A stretch of 62,979 bases of DNA, filler included, from Basidiobolus ranarum (lineage: Eukaryota), in assembly GCA_040143965.1 (NCBI GenBank). It is 6 parts of 6 records of this genome, joined end to end, with 100 filler letters (N's around TTAATTAATTAA, not from the genome) between each part and the next. Parts side by side here need not be neighbours in the genome. Positions count along the whole stretch, not along the records: positions 52,592 to 62,979 come from JASJQH010000710.1; 5 more parts are not named here. One strand, 5' to 3'. Below are positions 55,501-62,979 of this stretch, piece by piece; position 1 is the stretch's first letter, and each line of letters starts with the position of its first letter. The notes beneath the pieces were generated by a model. That model had not been told where the DNA came from, did not search any database, and saw only the letters and a list, made by a program, of their open reading frames with translations. A program made the translations under genes and the position numbers.

Positions 55501-58500
55501 GTAGTTCGCCTAGTTAAAAACACTGAGTATATTAGTATCCAAAGTAATGACAAGATTGCTCATATTGCCAGTACCTCCTTCGATGCTGCCACTTTCGAAG
55601 TTTGGGGCGCACTTCTGAATGGGGCCACTTTAGTGTGTATCAGCCACTCAGATGTTATTGACTTGGCTGCTCTTTCCAGGAATATGATCAACCAATCAGT
55701 CACAATAATATTCTTGACTACAGCACTATTTAATCGTGTTGTTGAGGATGCTCCTTCAGTATTTAACCGAGTCAAACATGTTCTATTTGGTGGTGAAGCA
55801 GCAGACAACCGGTTTATTCAGAAATTTTTAGATATATCAAACCGCCCCAGATTATTACACGTATACGGTCCTACCGAGAACACCACCTTCTCCACTTGGT
55901 ACGAGGTTAACCAAATCTCAAACAATATTCCTATTGGAAAACCGCTCTCTAATGGCAGAGTATATATTCTTGATAATCATTTCAACCCAGTTCCAATCGG
56001 ATTCGTTGGCGAATTATGTCTAGCTGGCGATGGACTGGCCCGAGGCTACCTCAATCAACCTGAGCTGACTGCTCAAAAGTTCATAGCCAATCCTAACTTG
56101 GAATGCAATGGCGAAATAATATACCGCACTGGAGATCTGGCTCGTTATAGAAGTGATGGTAATATTGAGTTTGTTGGGCGCATGGATCATCAGGTGAAAA
56201 TTCGTGGCTACAGAATCGAATTGGGTGAAGTAGAAAACACTCTCTTGCAACAAGATTCAATCAAGGAATGTGCTGTGGTTGCTCGTGATGATCCATCTGG
56301 TGAGAAACAACTGGTTGCCTATGTCGTTGTCGATTCCAACTCAACCTCTGGAATGGATACTCAGCAAGTGAATGAATGGGGCACTGTATTCGACCAACAT
56401 GTGTATGATGACATGGATGAAGACTTAGCTGAGCCTTCGTTTAATATCACTGGCTGGAAATGCACACTTACTGGTGAAGATATTCCCGCTGACGAGATGA
56501 GGGAATGGTTAAACGATACACTTGCTGGAATTAGACAACTGGGTGGCGACGATATTCTCGAGATCGGTTGTGGAACTGGAATGCTGCTCTTCGAAATAGC
56601 CCCTCATTGTGATCACTATGTTGGCACTGATGTATCCACCGCTGCTTTATCCTATGTCAACAAGTACCTCGATACATACTCTCTTCGTGATAAGGTCAGA
56701 CTAGAGAAACGTAGTGGAGATCAGCTGGATGATATGGAAAAAGGTGGCTTTGACACTGTGATATGCAACTCAGTAGCTCAGTACTTCCCCAACATTGACT
56801 ATCTCAAGACTGTGGTTGTGAAAGCTGTCAAACTCTTACGACCAGGAGGTCATATCTTCCTCGGTGATATTCGTAGTCTTGTGTTATTGGAGCACTTCCA
56901 TTCGGCCATGGAGTTGCATAAGGCTCATAATGACCTTACAGTAGCCGAGTTGGAGCAACGTATAGCAGACAGCATGCTGAGTGAGAAGGAATTGCTTGTT
57001 GATCCTGCCTTTTTCTTTGCACTCAAAGAAGAAATTCCTGAGATCTCCAAGGTGAATATCTTGACGAAGACTGGTAGCAGCATCAATGAACTCACTCAAT
57101 ATCGCTACCAAGTTGTTATCCAGGTCGGTACAAGTGATGAGAGTGAAGTCATTGAAGATTGGGTTGACTATCAAGAATCATGTCTGACTGTTGACGACAT
57201 CAAGAACAATCTTCTTCAAGGAGATGTTGAATATTATGCTATTGAAAATGTCCCCAATCTGAGGTTATCTAACGAGATCGCTCTCGTCAAATTATTGAAG
57301 TCGCAACATGCTCAAGAATTGATAGCTTCAAGTATAAGAAAGCTACTAGCCGATGTTCCCCTTACAGGAGTTGCAGTCAATGAATTATTTGATATCGGTC
57401 AACATTCTGGCTACGATGTCAATGTTAGTTGGAATTGCCATGAAAACGACGGATGCTATGATGTAATATATACTAAGCACACGCTTTCTAATGTGAGACA
57501 ACATCGCTTCAAGGAGCCGAGCTTTAGTCGTTGGAACTGGAAATCTTATGGTAATAACCCCATGAACGAAGTAGTGAACCAACAGCTCTCACCCTACCTA
57601 CGTGATTATTTGCATAGTGTGCTACCAAAGTTTATGGTTCCTAGCACTATTATTATATTGGATTCTCTGCCCCTTATGCCAAACGGTAAAATCAATCGTA
57701 GAGCGCTACCGGCTATCACCTCGCGTGTAGATGATGACAAGAATTTTGTGTCGGCTAGGACAACCCTCGAACAGACTCTGTGTGACATCTTTACGGAGGT
57801 ACTAGGACTGAAGAGGGTCAGTATTTTAGAAAACTTCTTTGATCTGGGTGGTCACTCATTGACTGCTACCAAAGTCATATCTCGTATTCGAATTGCGCTT
57901 AATCAAGATGTTCCGCTGAAATATTTGTTCGAGGCTCCCACGGTAGCGTCCCTTGGCGAAAAGCTGGAATCCAATCTGAATGCCCTCAATGGAACTAGTT
58001 TGATTCCTACTTTGAAAAAAGTGACTAACCGAGATAATTTACCATTATCTTTTGCACAAGAACGACTTTGGTTTTTGAATGAATTAATCCCGAATAGCTC
58101 ATTCTATAATATGCCTGTTGTATTGAATTTTACGGATAAGTTGAATGTGGATGCTTTGAAAGAATCAATTGTGGATATTGTTAAGCGCCATGAAGCCCTG
58201 CGCACAACGTTTACACTCTCTGATAATGGGCCAGTTCAGGTGATTAATGCTGCCACAAATGTTGCTCCCTCATTCATCGAATACTCTGATGTCACTTACG
58301 AGCCGGAGCTTGTGAATTCGATGATTGTTCATGAATCTGAAAAGCCATTCGACATAGCCGAAGGCCCGCTAATTCGAGCGAAACTTATTCGTGTGAAGCC
58401 TGATGTGCACGTCCTTATAATTGTACTTCATCATATTATATCAGACGGGTGGTCCATCACCGTTCTGCAAAAGGAGTTGGCTGCTTTATACCAGTCCAAT

Positions 58501-59487
58501 TCACTTGGTCTTTCATCTCCATTGCCTGATCTAACCATTCAGTATGCAGACTTTACTGTTTGGCAACGGGAATGGCTACAAGGCGAAACACTCCATGCAC
58601 AGCTGAAGTATTGGAAAGAGCAACTGAAAGATATTTCGCCATTGGCCTTACCAACCGACAAGATTCGACCAGCAATTTCAAGTCATCGTGGGCGTCTACA
58701 TAGAATTTATATACCGGAGTCTTTGACGAAAAAGCTGCGAGTAGTAAGTCAACAGCATACTACCACCTTATTCATGACTCTCTTTGCAGCATTCGGAGTT
58801 CTACTTAATAAGTACACGGAACAGGAGGACCTCGTCGTCGGATCACCCATTGCTAATCGTAATGTTAAAGAGATAGAAGCGTTGATCGGTTTCTTTGTCA
58901 ACACACTTGTACTCCGCCTTCAAGTCGATTCTGAATCAACCTTTTGTGAAATCCTGAATCAAGCCAAATCAGTTACTCTGGATGCTTCTACATATCAGGA
59001 TGTACCATTCGAAAAAATTGTAGCTGAGTTACAACCAGAACGTGATCTAAGTCTCAACCCTCTTGTTCAAGTTGTATTTGCCTTACATGAGCTCTCGATT
59101 ACTGATTTTGACGCGAAAGACTTCAACATTGATGGCCATGGTGACCAACAGACAACTTCACGCTTAGATCTGGAAGTTCATATACATCCGCATGGAAACA
59201 GTCTACGAGCGGATGTTATATATTGCACAGATTTGTTCGTTCCAAGCACAATTGAACATATGTTTGAAGGATTTATTCATATTTTGGAGTGCATAGCTAT
59301 TGATCCTCAAGTAAGCATTGGCAATCGAAGATGCGCCTTCAGTATTCAACCATGTCAAGCAAGTTCTCTTTGGTGGCGAAGCGGTAGACCATCGATTTGT
59401 CCAGAAATTCCTCGACATGTCAAATCGACCCCGATTATTACACGTATACGGTCCTACCGAGAACACTACTTTCTCCACTTGGTATGA
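52594..59487 (+). CDS. multimodular NRPS, 5'-truncated: (nMT/A-sub)-T-C-A-nMT-T-C; goes out of frame at ~59323
   Basis: T motifs NFFDLGGHSL (~53420, ~57830), C motifs HHIISDGWS (~54020, ~58430), A motifs YTSGSTGIPKG, FDAA, YGPTE, YRTGDL, QVKIRGYRIELGE, and SAM motif LEIGCGTG (~56557). No introns. Confidence 0.96.
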   Translation, partial: PAFFFALKEEIPDISKVNILTKTGSSINELTQYRYQVIIQVGTNDESEAIEDWVDYQESCLTVDDIKNNLLQGDIEYYAVENVPNLRLTNEVALTKILKSEKYQELTVESVRELMYNAKSTGVHVDDLYTIGEDTGFNVSVSWNRQQNDGCFDVVYTKARQVSSKYHFKQPGYSLWNWKSYGNNPMIGVVNQLFIPSLRDKLSTTLPKFMIPSSVVVLDSLPLTSNGKINRRALPTPISYHSEDDKNFVAPKTDHEKTLTNIFSEVLGIEKISIHGNFFDLGGHSLSATKVMSRIRVALGQEVPLKMLFEAPTVSSLSERLKNYHGITSSVHSIIPVMKQLTERNQLPLSFAQERLWFMNELIPNSHFYNMPLSLLISGDLNVDALKQSILDVIWRHETLRTIFVLSGSEPVQVIKSTAFFSLSFIDHNEDCCDLDMAKLVVVEEFRKPFDLAEGPLIRVKLLPLQSGEYVLCIVLHHIISDGWSITVLQKELASLYESNTQGTPSSLPKLVIQYADFAVWQREWLQGEILEKQLQYWKQQLDGIIPLNLPIDFVRPSVLSYNAKIEVLHLDPSFTQRLKELSKMESSTLFMTLLTAFEVLLMKYTGQEDIAVGSPIANRNRKEIEGLIGFFVNTQVIRVQMDHEITFSELLGRVKDVTLGAYSHQDIPFEKIVAELQPERDINRNPVVQVMFALQDATIDDFKLGEISVKPVDTGEITTRFDLEVHFWKHDDGLKADFIYSTDLFSSDTIFRMISDLQKILNAAVDNPYQAIGTLQLVDHPERENLLVTMNMTGTDYPRDQSIVDIFEQQVRNTPDAIGVIHNDEQLTYRELHLMSNKLASYLITFGVNLESSVAICMERSTLMIVALLAVLKAGGAYVPLDSQYPTDRLRFILDDTKSDIVICQKSTFLTIPAGDYNIISLDENIASIMELSEELVCRRPSSSNLAYTIYTSGSTGIPKGVLVEHRSVVRLVKNTEYISIQSNDKIAHIASTSFDAATFEVWGALLNGATLVCISHSDVIDLAALSRNMINQSVTIIFLTTALFNRVVEDAPSVFNRVKHVLFGGEAADNRFIQKFLDISNRPRLLHVYGPTENTTFSTWYEVNQISNNIPIGKPLSNGRVYILDNHFNPVPIGFVGELCLAGDGLARGYLNQPELTAQKFIANPNLECNGEIIYRTGDLARYRSDGNIEFVGRMDHQVKIRGYRIELGEVENTLLQQDSIKECAVVARDDPSGEKQLVAYVVVDSNSTSGMDTQQVNEWGTVFDQHVYDDMDEDLAEPSFNITGWKCTLTGEDIPADEMREWLNDTLAGIRQLGGDDILEIGCGTGMLLFEIAPHCDHYVGTDVSTAALSYVNKYLDTYSLRDKVRLEKRSGDQLDDMEKGGFDTVICNSVAQYFPNIDYLKTVVVKAVKLLRPGGHIFLGDIRSLVLLEHFHSAMELHKAHNDLTVAELEQRIADSMLSEKELLVDPAFFFALKEEIPEISKVNILTKTGSSINELTQYRYQVVIQVGTSDESEVIEDWVDYQESCLTVDDIKNNLLQGDVEYYAIENVPNLRLSNEIALVKLLKSQHAQELIASSIRKLLADVPLTGVAVNELFDIGQHSGYDVNVSWNCHENDGCYDVIYTKHTLSNVRQHRFKEPSFSRWNWKSYGNNPMNEVVNQQLSPYLRDYLHSVLPKFMVPSTIIILDSLPLMPNGKINRRALPAITSRVDDDKNFVSARTTLEQTLCDIFTEVLGLKRVSILENFFDLGGHSLTATKVISRIRIALNQDVPLKYLFEAPTVASLGEKLESNLNALNGTSLIPTLKKVTNRDNLPLSFAQERLWFLNELIPNSSFYNMPVVLNFTDKLNVDALKESIVDIVKRHEALRTTFTLSDNGPVQVINAATNVAPSFIEYSDVTYEPELVNSMIVHESEKPFDIAEGPLIRAKLIRVKPDVHVLIIVLHHIISDGWSITVLQKELAALYQSNSLGLSSPLPDLTIQYADFTVWQREWLQGETLHAQLKYWKEQLKDISPLALPTDKIRPAISSHRGRLHRIYIPESLTKKLRVVSQQHTTTLFMTLFAAFGVLLNKYTEQEDLVVGSPIANRNVKEIEALIGFFVNTLVLRLQVDSESTFCEILNQAKSVTLDASTYQDVPFEKIVAELQPERDLSLNPLVQVVFALHELSITDFDAKDFNIDGHGDQQTTSRLDLEVHIHPHGNSLRADVIYCTDLFVPSTIEHMFEGFIHILECIAIDPQVSIGNRRCAFSIQPCQASSLWWRSGRPSICPEIPRHVKSTPIITRIRSYREHYFLHLV

Positions 59488-61144
59488 GGTTAACCAAATT
59501 TCAAATAATGTTCCCATTGGAAAACCGATCTCTAATAGTAAAGTGTATGTCCTTGACCGTCAATTCAACCCAGTTCCAACAGGATTCGTGGGCGAGCTTT
59601 GTGTTGCTGGTGATGGACTTGCTCGAGGTTATCTAAATCAATCCGAACTAACTGCTCAGAAGTTCATAGTCAACCCCAATCCTGAATGTGGTGGGGAGAT
59701 AATGTATCGAACTGGAGATTTGGCTCGCTTTAGAAGTGATGGCAACCTTGTATTTGTTGGACGTAGGGATGACCAAGTGAAAATCCGCGGATATAGAATT
59801 GAATTAGATGAGATCAGGAACGCATTACTCAAGCATGAAGGGGTCAAAGAATGTGTAGTAGTTGTAAATTCGGAAGCTGATATCAAGCGTATTGTTGCGT
59901 ATATCATTAAGGATATGGTAGAATTGGAGGTAACCGAGGATTCTTTGAAAGCGCATCTTGCCAACTCATTACCCAAATATATGCTACCCTATGCAATACT
60001 TATGGTGGATAATATACCCCTTTTGCCTAGTGGAAAACTAGATATTCGCTCTCTCTCGACATTGGCTTGCCTTCCTCTAGCGCAAGAAATTTCTTACGTG
60101 GAACCACAAACACCATTAGAGATTGGAATAGCTAACATAATGGCAGATGTTCTTTCTTTGGAACGTGTCGGATTGAATGATAATTTCTTCGATTTGGGCG
60201 GCCATTCTTTACTCTCGATCCAATTGATCTCCAAGGTCCGAAAGCTTTTAGGAGTAAGCATTAGCTTGCATATGCTTTTCGAGGCTCCAACTGTCTTTAT
60301 GTTGGCCAAGAATGCTAGTCTTCGAAATCATGAAAATAACAGTGAATCCATCGACAGCCCGGTAGTTATGTTACGGGAAGGAGGAGATGAAATCCCAATT
60401 GTCTTGATTCATGCGATTGGTGGTGGTTTATCGTGCTATCAGCCTTTGCTGAGCTGTTTAAAGCATGATGGACCTATATATGGAATATATGCTTCGGACT
60501 TTTTGGGTCTTCTACGTAGAAAGTCATTCTACAATGTTGAAGATATGGCTCAGTATTATGTAGAGTCACTCATGGAACTCTCGGGAAGAAGGAAATTCAT
60601 AGTTGGAGGCTGGTCTTACGGTGGTAATATTGCTTTTTCCATTGCTGTGGCACTCCAAAAAATAGCGGTAGATGTCCCTTCAGTCTTCCTTTTCGACTCG
60701 TATCCTCTCTTTGGAATCGAGTGTTACGAGAAATATTCAATGCCACTTGCTACGATGATCATTAAGCTTATGAATCAAATGCATGAATCCACTGAAATAC
60801 CCGGTCAAGAATTTCATATGATACGGGATCTGTTTGGGTTGAGTAACAATTTCTCCAGAGATGATGAGGTAACACTGGAACTGCTAACCAGCGCACTCAA
60901 TCGAATCTCTCATATGCGACAATATCAGCCTGATAAGTATACTGGTACCGTGTGTCAATTCAGATGTTTACTTGACAAGTTTGACTATGTCGAGGATACT
61001 AGCAGCTTGCAAGATAAATGGTCAACGCTCTTTGAGGGCAAGTATATCACTAAATCGGTGAAAGGTTCTCATGCCACCATGTTACAATCACCTTATATTG
61101 AGAATATTGCGACAGAGTTGGAAATGTTTATCGAAAGCCTATGA
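59324..61144 (+). CDS. NRPS terminal part in a shifted frame: C-terminal half of A, then T and type I thioesterase
   Basis: LFGGE, HVYGPTENTT, YRTGDL, QVKIRGYRIEL, NFFDLGGHSL; TE motifs LIHAIGG, GGWSYGG, FLFDS, GSHATM; stop at 61144. Confidence 0.93.
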   Translation: MEDAPSVFNHVKQVLFGGEAVDHRFVQKFLDMSNRPRLLHVYGPTENTTFSTWYEVNQISNNVPIGKPISNSKVYVLDRQFNPVPTGFVGELCVAGDGLARGYLNQSELTAQKFIVNPNPECGGEIMYRTGDLARFRSDGNLVFVGRRDDQVKIRGYRIELDEIRNALLKHEGVKECVVVVNSEADIKRIVAYIIKDMVELEVTEDSLKAHLANSLPKYMLPYAILMVDNIPLLPSGKLDIRSLSTLACLPLAQEISYVEPQTPLEIGIANIMADVLSLERVGLNDNFFDLGGHSLLSIQLISKVRKLLGVSISLHMLFEAPTVFMLAKNASLRNHENNSESIDSPVVMLREGGDEIPIVLIHAIGGGLSCYQPLLSCLKHDGPIYGIYASDFLGLLRRKSFYNVEDMAQYYVESLMELSGRRKFIVGGWSYGGNIAFSIAVALQKIAVDVPSVFLFDSYPLFGIECYEKYSMPLATMIIKLMNQMHESTEIPGQEFHMIRDLFGLSNNFSRDDEVTLELLTSALNRISHMRQYQPDKYTGTVCQFRCLLDKFDYVEDTSSLQDKWSTLFEGKYITKSVKGSHATMLQSPYIENIATELEMFIESL

Positions 61145-62979
61145 TTTCGTTTCAACGCTTGTTAAGTGATACTCAGGTGAGAGTAGTACTTGTCAATATA
61201 TTATTCGTGTCTCTTGTACTCAATTCATAACGAAAGCAACAATAAAGAATGCTATTCAAAAAAATATTAAGCTTGGATCTCTCTTCAACGACTACCTTTT
61301 GTTTATGAGACTGAGGCTAATATAGATCCCTCCAGTGAGAATGTACAAAAAATATACAAGACCCAAAGAGTTATTCTTGTGAGATTGGGTCCTTGATCGT
61401 ATGATAAAGGGCTAAAGGTTGTTCTCATGGTGAAGAAGTTAGATCGTATTTGACAGATAAAAACTCAATACGAAATAACAAAGTTAAAAACCAGAGTTAT
61501 CATTAATCCAAGTTATTGTAACTATTCAACCAATTAACGTGATAATTTGGTACTTTCCAAAAGTATACAACCGATTCTTGAACACCATGCCGTCGATAAG
61601 TTGTACACTTGTATTAATAAATAATATTGACATGAAAGTGCTTTTCACGAACAATGATTCTACAAGAACTGTAAATTCAGAAATTCAGATGTCACTAAAA
61701 TATAATAATAGTAGTCCAGACGCACTATATGGTAAAATAGTTTTATTATTATTTGATTGGAAGATGGAAATCCGAGGATATTTTGGAGCAGATTGCAACC
61801 ATGTTATTCTAGCGTGAGAGAATGGGTTTAAACTTATCTTCATCACTCCTGGTTTAATTAATTGATAATCTACGGCATTTTGAACAATTGAGATTTTGGA
61901 TAGAAAATTATAAATATCTTATTACCATATTTCAATTTCATCATTAATCGAGTTACCATCATATCTTTTGGATTAAAGTGAAATTTTCTTCCTCTAATCT
62001 CCCCTTTGTCCTTTCGACATGGGCTATGTTTAATGCTGAACGATAAATCTCAACTAAATCAGCAGCTACATTACACAGCAACAGGCATTCTCTGTTGATT
62101 TCAGAAAAGGTCGAGTGAATCGCATTAGTTTGCCTTTAGACTAGCAGGTTAATTCCATCGTAGTAGGATTTCAGATAGTTCGGTAGTTCCAAGCATAAGT
62201 AAGAGCATGGTGTAAGAATGTCATGCATCTTTATAACGTACTTGACTCGTTCAGAGTAGAATGTTGCCTGGTGTACCGATTTTTTCAAACCGAACTTACA
62301 AAGCCAGGTAGATTAAATTTTCTTTGATTTTTTGTTTGCAACGAAGTAAACATGGTTTAAGTTAATGCCCTCAGAAAAGGAATTCACATCAAATCAAAGA
62401 TCAGATTGTTGAGCTTGACTTTTGCTATTTAAAATCATCATAAGGCTTGCAGTATTCGTTAGAGAATTACCAATTTAAATAATAGGAAATACGTATGGGA
62501 TGTCGAAGAAGTTATTGAATGTTGTGTATTTTTCCAGTTTCATCTGATTTTCCAAGAACTGTCTAAGTAATGGATTCGGAAATTGGACTGTGTAAGATAT
62601 ACACTAGCGCTCATAACTGATTCACTTTTTGGCATACATTGTTTCAAATGTCAATATCTCTTCATTTCCTCAATGTATTAAATCGATATTGGCAGTCTGT
62701 CATGTTTTGAAGTTGACTGCAACAATCTTTGTGATGTTACAACCTTTTATATATATTGCAGTGAGTGAGTTAGTTTTGAGTGCAACATGTTCATTGCACT
62801 AAAATTTCTATTTTATTTGAGAGCCAACATTTTAACATGATGGTTTGGCCATTGCCATTACATGTTGTTGGATAATTAATCTTTATTCAACATCATAGTT
62901 AACTTTAGTTATGATACATATATCAGAAATAGAAAGCAATGTATCTATAGCCCCTATATTCTAAATAGGAATATCTCTA

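Noticed and set aside
59326-59487. C-terminal tail RRCAFSIQPCQASSLWW.. of the 2281-aa ORF as a novel domain
   Set aside because: It is the out-of-frame reading of the A-domain half after the deletion junction.
49550-61144. RCH1 transporter and PEF1 as members of an NRPS gene cluster
   Set aside because: They lie on a different contig across a linker, so no physical linkage is shown.

Overview
Eukaryotic (fungal) genomic DNA made of six unrelated contigs joined by artificial 100-nt linkers (44 N + TTAATTAATTAA + 44 N). Contig lengths fall monotonically (10451, 10425, 10413, 10404, 10398, 10388 nt), so the scaffold looks size-sorted and adjacency across linkers means nothing. Short GT-AG introns, the gene set and a bacterial-style NRPS suggest an early-diverging fungus (Basidiobolus-like; inference only). 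Contig 1: a partial spliced gene, a diverged intronless RVB1, mitochondrial uL2, an ArsB/NhaD-type transporter and the 5' end of pyruvate decarboxylase. Contig 2: an almost CpG-free nest of dead LTR retrotransposons, with a Ty3/Gypsy relic invaded by Ty1/Copia copies, including a three-LTR Copia unit bounded by one CTGCA target-site duplication. Contig 3: a membrane protein end, Nit1-type amidase, a candidate 6-Cys secreted peptide, NAA40 and DED1. Contig 4: an N-formylglutamate amidohydrolase-like ORF missed by the ORF track, a GPI-anchored wall protein, a C2H2 factor and an orphan ORF. Contig 5: THO2, an SLC10A7/RCH1 transporter and peflin. Contig 6: the 3' part of an intronless bacterial-type NRPS with N-methyltransferase modules, an Ile-type A-domain code and a terminal thioesterase; its last module has lost about 824 bp of the A domain. 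This NRPS is the most notable system in the window.
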